Assembly (NCBI GenBank): GCA_030704615.1
Contig: CM060733.1
Span: 45,260,001 to 45,324,000 of the forward strand
DNA length: 64,000 bases
Reading direction: 5' to 3'
DNA from: Takakia lepidozioides
Taxonomy: Eukaryota > Plantae > Bryophyta
Shown here: positions 1 to 10,879 of the stretch, piece by piece
Layout: the number at the start of each line of letters is the position of its first letter
Position numbering within the stretch: the stretch's first letter is position 1
Program-made: the position numbers and the translations under genes
Notes under the pieces: generated by a model
Database searches by the model: none
What the model was told of the DNA's origin: nothing
What the model saw: only the letters and a program-made list of their open reading frames with translations

Positions 1-174
1 AATCAGACAGACTGTATGATCTGAACAACAGTGAATGACGATACCGCCAGTCACCCACTCATGGTGTGGAAAACCCTTAACAGAGGAGTAAAAGCAAATC
101 ACCATTGTTTCATGGTGATGGTCGGTAGCGACAATCCCTTTCTAGGACATTGCACTCAATCTCTTAGCAGATCT

Positions 175-760
175 TCAACCATGAAATGGAAGGTAGAGAA
201 CACTTACGGGCGCCTTCTTGGGTTTTGAAATTGGATCCCCTTCTGCAGCTTTCCTCTTCCCTCTCACATCTGCTGGATTTTTTGTCTGCTCTAGGGTTTG
301 GGGACCTTCTCCCGGTTCAACGTTCCCCGGACTTCCACCTCCTTCAATCTCCCTGCAAATTATCTCGGCATCCACGGGCTTGTTTCCAACGCTCACTGTT
401 ATCGCCGACTGTTTCACTCCCGCAGCCTCATTGTCGGTCTGCTCTTGTGATTCACTCTCCGCGTTCACCTGCTGTCTTGGCCCTGTGTTCTCCAACAAAC
501 GACGCCTTGTCATTTGCTCCCTTGCTCTGCGTCTCTCTCTAAGGGATGTAAAATAAAGAGACTTCCTTCTCTTTCGTATTGTAGAAGGAACCCTCTCCAG
601 CTTGACTACCACTCTCCCTCTAAGTGCGAAAACTAGAAAGACAAAGCGACTCTCAATTTCTTACGGGATTGCGTGCGTTGTGGATTGTCTTTAGAAGCAT
701 CAGATTCCCTCTCGCGTGACCGTTACACATAGTCGTTCCCTTATTGGTGCACCTACCTGC
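175..760 (-). CDS. Possible accessory exon/ORF of element A, divergent from the transposase (basic/acidic low-complexity, NLS-like KRRK/RGKRK)
   Basis: ORF 175-612 (145 aa) with a candidate acceptor ctaattgcag near 760. The same frame is conserved in the inverted copy (14099-14316). No recognisable domain. Confidence 0.3.
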
Positions 761-1650
761 AATTAGTGTACAGCTGTTCGTATTCAATATAGATATCGAT
801 GTCTAACGTGTATCTCCCAAAATAAACGGCGCGTTGTTTATTAGAACGGTTTCAATAAATTAAAATAACAGAGAATCTCATATATCTTAGCGCACAATCT
901 TAGACAAATATATGTAAATGAACGAGTGTTTGATAACAATTTTTTTGATATCATACACATTCATCCTTGTTAGCCAACCCCACGTTCGTTTCACAGTTTG
1001 AACTTTCCAAGTGCGCATATCATTGGTAGTACTATAAAGATGCATTTACTTAATCTGCTATCCCACCCTCAGATCCTGTGGCATGCTTCCAGGAAGTTGG
1101 CTTGTTGTTGTGTTTATTGATGAGGTTCTGATTAAAGGTTTAACAGCTGCCAACATTGCTCCTAGGGATGCTCTGACCACAGGGCCCACATAAAAAGTAA
1201 TTAAAATGGACGGCTGCATGTCTGGAAGGAATAACAGAATATGCACAGTCGTCGTGTGAGCTTCCTCCGCGATATTCTCTGCTCATTCTTCAACAATGTT
1301 CTTGAGACCTCAGTCAACAGATTTACAATGAAGGTCTACGATAGCAAGGCATCTACGTACGTGAGGAGGGAAGATGGCTTCCTCTGAAGCGGAGTTCTTC
1401 TCTGAAGACAAACCAGTCCCGTTCTCCCAGGAAGTCCTTGACAATGGATTTGCAATTGTTCTAGAACATGTCTTGGCTACCCGTTTTCAACTTCAGAATG
1501 GCTCCATATTTTTGGAGGTACGATTTGAAAATGAAGTTGTTGAAATATTCTTTCCAAAACCGTGAGACGGCTCATGTCAGCCAGTGGAGAGTGCGCCCTG
1601 GTTGATACAGAGTATTTGGAGAGCATCGGCGAAAGTCCATTGCATCATAT

Positions 1651-4600
1651 GTGACGCCCGGGACTGCTGCTTCGGTCGTTGAAGACAAGAGGGAGGTGGT
1701 GGTGAAAAAAGAACAGACGTCCTCCACTCCAATCGTTGAGCTTTCGGATTCGTCCGATGATGACATAGGTGAAATTCCAAATCCAGTCCTTCCTACTGTA
1801 GTTGGAGAAGCAGATGAAGAAGATATTTGTAGTGTCATTCCAAAACTACGTGCGATGGGAGGAATGGCAGGTTTCAAAAGTGAATTGCGAGGAATTGATT
1901 TGGGAATCTTTGAAGCAGGTGCCTGTGAAGTTCTTGCCAGAGACTTTTGATGGCGATATCTTATTCGAGCTGACTCCTCCTCTGCGAGATGGAGGTGTAA
2001 CAATCATGATGCATGGAATGGACAAGAAACACGACGGGCACCCGTGGTGCAGAACAAAAACATCCAATATTCAAAATGATGACAAGCTTGTTTTCAGGAG
2101 AACAGTTTGCAATGGACACCTTAGGTGTGATAATTTGAATTACAGACACTTTCTTCAGTCTGGGGTTCATAATCAAAGCGAGTGGGAGGGTCTGGCGGAA
2201 AATCCATTTCAGCCTGGGACTGCCCCACCATCGGCAAACACTTTCGTCTGCAAATTCTGCAAACTTGTGCCATCCTGCTTGGCGTTGTGCGGAGTAAGAA
2301 TGTACTGTGTTGTCCACCGTTTGAAAACAATGACAAGAGCTTGTGTGCATTTCGGATTCCATAACCATCTTGTCTCGAAGGGGGATTATAGGGAAAGTGT
2401 TGAGACAGTATCGAGGTTGATTAAACAGGAGTACGGGAGAAACCCATCCGCAACAACATCTGCAATTGCTCTTGGCGCAAGCAAGTCCTTCTTGGAAAGC
2501 CATATTTTGAGTGAAGGGGATTCTGTGGGGACTAAACTTGACGGTGCAGCATTGGACCTGGTCATGGATTATTTCTCCACTTGGAGTTCACCTAACATTC
2601 CGCATCAGATCAATGCATTAAGAATGGGCTCTGGTATCAGAGGCTACATAGACAACATTTTGGAGTTGAAACGACTGAGCAAGTACGACTACATCCAAGA
2701 CAATGTATTCCCAGGTCAAGGTGTCATCAAAGTTTTTCTTTTCAAAATGTTGACTGTTTGGGAGGGTAGTGGGGTTAGCCTCGTGAAGCGGATGTAGAAG
2801 ACTGGGGACTTGCAGAACTGTTTTCTTATGTTTGATCATGTGAAACGAGTGAAGGATTGGACGACAATGGCTTGTCATGTCTACAATCCAGTGTACCAAC
2901 GAGTTATGACATTGCAGTTTGTGACATGCAATCCAAGGATAGGGAATCCCAGAAGCTCGTGTAGAATTCCCTGATACGTGTCATGGGCTGCCATGGGCTG
3001 CCATCTCCAAAGTCGCAGGTTTCATGGCGGATAGTGCTCAAGCGAATTTCAATGCTGTTCGAATTGTCTTCGGATCGGGCGACCCAAAAGTGCCAATGCG
3101 AGGAAGAGAGCGTACATGTCTATTCCATTGGACACAATCTCTGGAGAAACATACAAAGTCGGACATCAAACCAGAGATGTAGACTCAACACCAAAAATTG
3201 TGCAAAGAGTACAAAGATGCTAGAACAATGAAGGAGGCGGACACTTTGTTCTTGACAATTCGTGCCTGGTGGTTCTCTTTTGGAGTTGCATCACTTGAGA
3301 GTATGAGAGCATTGGAAGATTGGCTGGCGTTCTCGCACTTCCGGCATAGACAGTGGGGAACAGCCATGGCAGTGGTACGAGGCTTATATTTCTTGCTTTA
3401 TTCATACATTTACTTTCCATTTTATTGTCTCCTTGCTTTTTTTATGTTGTTTCTTGTTCACTGTTTTGAAGTGTGGTTCTCCATTTTGCAGAACATGTCC
3501 ATTGAGGAAATGGCGGACATGCCATCTTGTAATTTGGTAGAGACTGTGCACAACACATGGTTGCAGTAGTCTGGGAAACGAGGTCGGGATTTGTATGTGG
3601 CAACAACAGATGATTTGATACGTGCCTTCCAACAACAAACCCGATACCGTGATTTCTTGCGAGGTGGGGTTGGTGGCAAGGGTCCGGACAAATTGGAGTT
3701 GATGTTGCGTGCTGCAAACAGATCTGGGGATCCAATCAAGATAGCACAGGCAGTGAGCATGTATGCCCAAGAAACGCCACTTGTTTCTAGAGTTCCACAT
3801 CTTGAAGGGGAGGAGAGATTTAGAGGCAATTGAACACTCCACCTGGTTCGGATTCCGATTCGCATAGGGCAGACCGTGATAACTTCTCGAAGCCTTGTGT
3901 TCCCCTGCATGATAGCTCCATGTCCGGAACCTCCAACACGACGGCAAGCTCCAGCATCAAATGAAATGGTGCAGGAGAGAAACAACCCCCTTGATGTGCT
4001 TGAGTCGGCATGCCCCGACCACGTTTGGCACATAGAACGCACAAGTGTAGGGTCTCGTGTGAAATGTACAGCGATCGGGGCAACTAATTTCGAGAAGTGC
4101 ACTTCATCTATATCCAGAGGTGGTGCCCGAACTTCTGCTCTGACTTTCACGGGTTTGATGCGTCCATACGGTCAACCAGAAGCCAAGAACCACAAGTTCT
4201 GGTTCTACGCAGATGATTGTGCCAGATGTGTGCATGGAACTGTGCGTCCTTCCGTAGTGATGAAGCCATCTCCTCCAACCGTTTGGCCCGTGAAGGTGGG
4301 AACACATCTCACATTTCAGGAGATTGAAATGCTGGAGGAGGCAAGCTTTTCCCTTGCGAGACAACCCCAACTCCATGCATGTGCTACTACTTCTGCGTCC
4401 TCTCAGGTCCCCCCGGCAAATCCTGACTTGTGGCCAACCAAACGAGATGGAAAGCTCGTTCGGCGTTTCCCTCCAACCGCTGAACACTTTGGCAAAGTGT
4501 AGTCCGCAAGAATGCTCCAAGCTCGTGTTGGAAGCACCACGGAAGTGCCCGATCCAGGATATGGTCGGGTATTCACAATCATCACTTCCACATCTGCTAT

Positions 4601-4840
4601 TCATGACAGGACCTACGACATCACGGTTTCCAATTTCCCCAATTGCACATGTCCTGATTTGTGAATATGTTATCAACCAGTTTGGGCAAGAGAGGTAAAT
4701 TCATACCCTGCAAACATTTGTATTTCATATTTTTGAAGAGGATGGTTTGCGATCCCAAACGTGACAACTTCATTCACCAGGCCACTATGAGTTTCAACAA
4801 GGTCGATACTCTATTGCAGCGGGATACAACACATGGGTAG
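1651..4840 (+). pseudogene. MULE transposase A: GCM-like Zn finger + DDE + SWIM, disrupted
   Basis: GCM-like WCRTKTSN..RRTVCNGHLRC..CKFC..C..HFGFHNH; MULE core FLMFDHVKR, GFMADSAQAN, TCLFHW, CNLVETVH; SWIM CTCPD..PCKHLYF at ~4645-4730. Intron 3375-3491 (gt..ag). Frameshift at ~1910; stops at 2795, ~2962, 3567 and 4500. Confidence 0.85.
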
Positions 4841-5271
4841 CATCAACTATGCAATGTGGTATGTGGACGACCATGATTTGAAATGTGTAATTCACATCAA
4901 TTTGTCGGCGGTGCAATGATATGGCTTCCAACTATACTGAGTGAGCTCTAAGTGGCAATTTTTAAAAGCACATTTGTCATTGCACCGTTCGAAATCTACA
5001 TGTCTTGCTGTCGCTATGCATTGCAATCATTTTTTGAAGATGATCCTAACTCTCATTGTTATTTGAGGAGGGAGAAAGGTCTTCCCGTGGCAGCCTCTAT
5101 GGCGCACACTTTGTGAGGATATTTTCTCATCCTCGTAATTGTAAAAGTGAAACAAGCATTTGTAATTGCACAATGTTGGATGCTACAATTGTAGGCCTCA
5201 TGGTAGTCTTGATTGTATTCAGGCAAAATTCCCTTCATTAATTCCACGGTCATAGGACCATCCTCGGTTAT

Positions 5272-5454
5272 AGGCGACGCATGTTAATGCTGACGTGGCA
5301 GATGACGAACAGTGCCACATCATCATTTGCCGCCACATCAACATGCTGACATGACGCTCACGCCACTTCAGCATGGGTGCAGGCTCACGCCACGTCAGCT
5401 GGCGTGAGCGTACGCTCGCGCGCTCACGCGCAAGGCTTACGCCATTGCGTCGTT
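5272..5454. repeat. Nested inverted repeats at the 3' end of element A
   Basis: gctgacgtggc (5289-5299) / gccacgtcagc (5389-5399); cgacgca (5275) / tgcgtcg (5446); gctcacgcca / tggcgtgagc (5383-5409). Confidence 0.7.
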
Positions 5455-5455
5455 G

Positions 5456-6248
5456 GGAATAGACATGTACGTTCTTTTTCTTGCATTGGCACTTTTGGGT
5501 CGCCTGATCCGAAGACAATTCGAACAGCATTGAAATTTGCTTGAGCACTATCCGTGTCGTGCGCATACGTATCGCTACACAACTACATCGCTGTCCAAAC
5601 TACACCACACATATATGCACAATAAAGTAGTCCACCACAATGATAAGAAAGCTAATGATACACTGTTCACACAAGAAACATGAAATCCATCAACATCACT
5701 CTTTAAGATAATAGTCGAGCCAGGGGCACCCCAAGCTATGGGGACTCCATCCCACAACAACCTATACCCCTACATAAGCACACTCAGATTCTAAGCATGA
5801 AGGAGCTCGGTCGCGCAGGCTCAACTCGAGAGAGATGAGTTGCGCGACTGACGCTCTCGTGAAGATAAGATGGTTCAGGTGTCAAGCTCAAACTTGACAC
5901 CTGAGTTAACACTTGAACTAAATCCAAGTGTTAAATACAAATAACTAGTTTTATTCTAGTTAGTTTCACACTGTGTTTATTTATCTTGACATCCGCCATG
6001 AAACCTGCGAAATTTGGAGATGGCACCCCATGGCAGCCCATGACACGTATCAGGGAATTCCACATGAGCTTCTGGGATTCCGTATCCTCGGATTGCATGT
6101 CACAAACTGCAATTGTCATAACTCGTTGGTACACCGGATCGTAGACATGACAAGCCATTGTCGTCCAATCCTTCACTCGTTTCACATGATCAAACATAAG
6201 AAAACAGTTATGCAAGTCCCCAGTCTTCTACATCCGCTTCACAAGAGG
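5456..6248 (-). pseudogene. Inverted copy A' of transposase A core (A positions ~2779-3126), split by a solo LTR
   Basis: Reverse complement matches A (CFLMFDHVKRVKDWTTMACHVY...FMAD|SAQANFNAVRIVF) and carries the same ATG-TAG stop as A at 2795. Confidence 0.9.
5555..5991 (-). mobile_element. Short (437 bp) solo LTR related to the LTR at 14317-16738
   Basis: Termini TGTC...GACA with flanking direct repeat tccg (5551-5554 and 5992-5995). On the minus strand it begins tgtcaag..gtgtgaaacta, shares atcttcacg and ctcgagttgagcct with the 14317 LTR, and ends gcacgaca like it. Confidence 0.85.
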
Positions 6249-6271
6249 TTAGCTATTTCATGAGCATGAGC

Positions 6272-6458
6272 GGCATGAGCGGAGTAGTAAGACAATCGGT
6301 TTTCATGAGCAGAAGTACAAATTTCGAAAATAAAAAACAATAAAAAACATTAATTTAATGCAATGTGTCAGGAAAAACAAATATATTATTCGGCCCCTTG
6401 AAGGGAAAATTGTAGTTTTGACAGTTGTGCTCATGATATTTCGTCTTCCGCTCATGCC
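6272..6458. repeat. Imperfect ~190 bp hairpin at the 3' end of element B
   Basis: ggcatgagcgga (6272-6283) / tccgctcatgcc (6447-6458); inner tcatgagca (6303) / tgctcatga (6428). Confidence 0.65.
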
Positions 6459-6479
6459 AATTCCCAGCGACATGTGCAA

Positions 6480-6912
6480 ATATGGCGCCGAATTTCAGGG
6501 TAATAGGGTCCGTAACCTGAAAAAACGGCGACGTATTTCGCGGTAATAGGTCTCTCTGGCGAAAAATGGTGCCGAATTCCGCGGCTATAGGTTCCCTCAT
6601 GACAGGTAATTCGGCGCCATTTTTCCAGTGCATGTTCGGACTTAGCCAGTTTTCGGCGCAAAATAGGGAAATTCGGCACCATTTTTCCAGACACTGTACC
6701 AGTGCATGTTGGGACTTAGCCAGTTTTCGGCCCAAAAAAAGAGAAATTCGGCGCCATTTTTCCAGACACGGTACTAGTGCATGTTGGGACTTAGCCAGTT
6801 TTCGGCCCAATAAAGAGAAATTCGGCGCCATTTTCCCAGACACAGGTACTAGTGCATGTTGGGACTTAGCCAGTTTTCGGCCCCAAAAAGAGAAATTCGG
6901 CGCCATTTTTCC
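6480..6912. repeat. Left subterminal array of B: ~75 bp tandem units with motif GAAATTCGGCRCCATTTTT
   Basis: Motif copies at ~6482, 6563, 6608, 6669, 6744, 6818 and 6893; the last four are ~75 bp apart. Confidence 0.9.
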
Positions 6913-7069
6913 ATAAATGGCCCCACAACTGCTTCTGTTGGATCTCAGTTTGAATGGAATATTGCCTCATTCCAGGAGTTTTGGGGTGCATTTCATTACA
7001 CTGCAAAAAAAAGTCTGATACAACAAAATGCAATTGAAAATATCCATATGGAGGATTCCCTTTGCCCCA

Positions 7070-10000
7070 TCAATGATTTCTGGAATCCCTAAGGAGGAGT
7101 TTGTGCAGCTCGTTCACGCTCAACGCCGGTGCATGAATAAAGTCATCAATAGTCACGTTCATCCTCAACCTCTTCAGGTAAATGTAATACAGATGCTTGC
7201 ACGGATAATACTTCGAACCCTTCTTTGCTTCCATCAACGAGAAGTCCGTACAATTGCATTTCGGCTCCACTCCAATCGTAATTGTGTATACATCGTCGCG
7301 TACAGCCGAGCCGGCCGTTGCCATCCGATACACACGCCCAAGACCGGGTGGGGGTACGTCCACGGAGCTCTGAATAGTGCAAGCCATCCCAAGAGCATTG
7401 GCAATCCGAGTCTCATTCAACTTGTTGGGAGGGTGTCGTCTCTTCACTCTTCCGAATCGCATTGTGGGATGTGCAGAATTGTCCAATCCGTCTCTACTGG
7501 ACGGAGCAGTCTGCAATGGCTGGGTCTGAGGAACCGGAAATGCGTGGGCCGGGATGTCTGTGTGTTGCACCATTCGAAATCCTGCTGCAGATAGAGCATC
7601 CGTCTCATTCTGAGAGAGGCTGCAACCCGGTGCAACAGCCAGACGCCCGGAGGCTCCGGCATTCCCTGAATCCCGTACTTGGGCTTGCCAAATACACAGG
7701 TCATTATGTCGTGCCTACAGAACCAAAATGTCTGCGTTGTGGCGTGAGCAAATGTGGGGGTCAAAAATCTGCCGTTGAAACAAGGTACAGGTACAGCACC
7801 GTGTGGGTTCCTCCGAATCATCTCACCACATCGTGCTCTCGTATCCACCCGGATGGCGCAACACTTCCCTCGAAATGCCGGCAATGTCCTCGCAATTCTC
7901 CACTGTGACTCCGACACTCTTGTCTCCACAATGGGAATGTTGTACTGCTTTAATACAGATGGCTCGTTATGTTGCCGGGGCACGCGCCCTGTGCTCAAAG
8001 GAGATGGCGATCTTGAACGTGCAGGACTTGCGGTGTTCGACGAGACCTCCTCGGGCAACATCACCGGACCACGAGGGAGCGTGCGAATATTCTTGTCAGC
8101 TCGCCATGAATCCTCTTCTCCGCCAGGTGCCTCGTCAAGTCTTCGTCTCACTGGACGGGTATGAACATCTCCTGCCAAATGTTGGCCTCTTCGCAGCAAT
8201 GGCGTGTCCCAAAGGCCCTTTCGCAAGGCCGCCGCCCACTTCCGAGGATTCTTCGATCTAGAGGCAGTCCGCATCAGCATTTCCTGCCTGTCCGGCCCCA
8301 AGCCCCACTGTTTCCCTTTCAAGAACTCGTTGTACCTGCATTGCTGCATAATTGACCTCACAATGTCCTCCGTTGTGGCAGTGAGGATGTCCACCAGATG
8401 CGCCGCAGAGGAGGCACGCCAGGAAGAGTGCACTGATTCGGCCATGTTTGTCGTGGGCATGTCGGTGTCGGAGTCGAGACACATTTCCTGCACAAGCACA
8501 TGTTGAGGTTACAAGCAAGTTACAAATATGGCCAAGAATAATATTCAACGGGACGCGAATTCGTGCAACTCACCTCCCGCATATAGTCGCCGAACTGGAG
8601 GAAACGATAATGCCACCATGCTAGCCAACTGACCATTGCTCCCTCGTCTGATTTCCTTATAGCACCTGACGATGTCCACCAAGCCCGTATACATGCAAAC
8701 TGTGTCTCTGCATCATCCAAGGTGGGAGCGCGTTTCCACGCAAGGCACATAGAACGGTGCTCCTCTTTGAAATCTGGCGCCACGAGCCTGGTTGTGTACT
8801 GCGAAAGGCTCTGCAAAAAATGGAACCCACAAGATCTCTCCTTGCCTTCCATGGGAACATTGGGGTCTTGCCTGTACACCCTTCGGATGGCAGCCCAATT
8901 TGCTTGTGCGTTGTCCGCCATGAAACCACGGAAATTCGGAGGGGGCAATCCCGCCTTGGCCATCTGTTCGTTTATTCCCTGCCAAAGAAGCATCTCCGAT
9001 TGTGTGTCCTCTCCTTTCATCTCACTAATAGCAATTGTCATTAGCATCCTGCAGTGGGTGTCGTAGACATGTGCACCCATTGTCATCCACTGGTGATTTG
9101 TAATTCGCTTGATATGGTCGAACATGACCCAACTGTTTGACAAGTCCCCACTTGTCATCCTGTCGACCAGTTCGACGCCGCTGCCAGGTCCACACGTGGA
9201 CATTTTGAATACGAAACAACGATCTGCCTCAGTCCCTTGTCCTGGAAACCTACTTCCATGAATGTAGTCATATCCACATCGTCGCTTCACCTCCAGAATG
9301 GAGTGCATATCCGAGCCACGCCCAATTTTCTGTTTGCATGAGACAATGTGGTTTCGGACATTCGGTGAACATACGTGGGACACCGACTCCAGCAATGCCT
9401 CCATTTCCTTCTCATCGAGAGGAACTCTATCGGAGCCGTCTTCCGACATAATTCTGGCCAATGCCATCTTATGGGCGGCTTGGAGCTGTATCTGTTTGGG
9501 TTTGGCACCCGGCCTCAACTTAACCTCCTCCTGAACGAGCTGCTCTGCCTCGTGGGCAGCCTCCCGCGAGTTCCCCCTCACCAATTTGTGACAATGGGAA
9601 CCAATGTGTATGCAAGCTCGGGTGAGGTCAGGGAAACGGTGCAACACATAGAACTGCTTGGCATTACAAACAGACATGTAGTGTGGTGGTTCTTTGCAAT
9701 GCGCACACTTAAATGTGGAGTTCGGAACCTTCTCCTGAGCTCGAAATGGTTGATGAGCTGTGCCTGTCCAATCGGTCTCGTTCCTGTGACCTCTGGATTT
9801 AAAGTGGAAGCAAGTTGGGGAGAAACACCGCAACGCGCCCGCACAAACAACGTAGCGCACCCGCACACCATCGAGCATCTTCATGCTGGTGGTTTTGGTA
9901 ACGCACCAAGGATGACCGCCATGTTTTCTATCCATATATGTCAACATTCCGGACGCCCTCGAGTAGTCTGCCCGAGGAGGGAACTCAAAGAAGATATTAC

Positions 10001-10535
10001 CGTCGACGTCGGCGGGAAGGCATGTAACCAATTTAATTGCGAACTTGCTGTAGTCCAGCCCGGCCAGCTCCGACCGGTGTCCCTCCAGGTGAAGCCCTCG
10101 CAGAATTTCAAGAATAGATCGAACTGCGGTGCTCGTGCTGGGAATATGACTCCCTCCTCCACTGACGTCCATTGAGGACTTGCCTGATCTCCAGGACGAC
10201 CTCGGAACTTCCATGACCTCGTCTGAGTCGGACAGGTTGTGAACAACCCGGTTCTCGCTCGTCTTCATGGATGGGTTTGGCTCTGGATGAGGGGACATCT
10301 GCCGGGTGATGGAGAAATATCTGTGCGTTCGATACCATCTGAAACCGGGGTCGGTTTTTTTGGAGGAGGAAAGGAAGGACTCAAACGGCGTTGTTGTCGA
10401 GAGTATTGTTGTGCTCCACGATGATTTCGGCGATGGCAGGGAATGGCGAGTTCCACCATCGGACAACGTCATATACAGGGCTGTTGGGGACTTCATTTGC
10501 CCGCCAAATGCACCTTCTATCCTGGCGCCTTCCAC
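7070..10535 (-). CDS. MULE transposase B (GCM-like + DDE + Cys module + SWIM); one 86-nt intron and one 1-nt frameshift
   Basis: Exon 10535-8574: HPWCVTKTT..RYVVCAGALRC..CAHC..C..HIGSHCH, WVMFDHIKR (D at 9117), GFMADNAQAN (D at 8913), SCGFH. Intron 8573-8488 (GTGAGT..TGCAG, phase 0). Exon 2: TTNMAESVH (E at 8437), frameshift near 7638, SWIM CNCTDF..PCKHLYYIY, stop at 7070. Start codon uncertain. Confidence 0.85.
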
Positions 10536-10879
10536 GAAACAATCCGCGAATCAGAGAGTGGGTATCTCAAAGAGAGAAGTCCGCAATGAATGCTCATGGG
10601 GAGGGCAGTACACTGTAGCGCTCGGGTTTTCCGCCATGGGAGATGTGCACACAAGACTCCCAGGATGGCGTGCGGGCAAGCTCCTTGGTAGAAGGGGGAT
10701 GCAGCGATGGGAAGGAATGCGGTGCCGATTTGTCCGAGTGACGAAGCCTGATCCAAATCCAGGGAGCCAACTATCTCAAAAATCCACAGTCAGAGTGTTA
10801 ATGAACCTTGTCTCAGGAATGCGACCCCTGGTCTTTGCGCAATAACTGCCAACGGTATGCAGTCAGAAAGTGGGGGGCC

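Larger units (their letters stand above)
1..5455 (+). mobile_element. Mutator-like DNA transposon copy A (left end outside window)
   Basis: Contains a defective MULE transposase gene (1651-4840). 545-2524 recurs inverted at 12325-14316. Ends in a GC-rich multi-hairpin at ~5272-5454, immediately before the inverted A' fragment. Confidence 0.8.

Noticed and set aside
6355-6916. Repeat-protein ORFs (183 aa and 116 aa)
   Set aside because: Open frames on both strands arise from the ~75-bp tandem unit; no coding evidence.
9375-10175. 266-aa antisense ORF within transposase B (and similar shadow ORFs in A and gag)
   Set aside because: Typical antisense shadow of a real coding frame.
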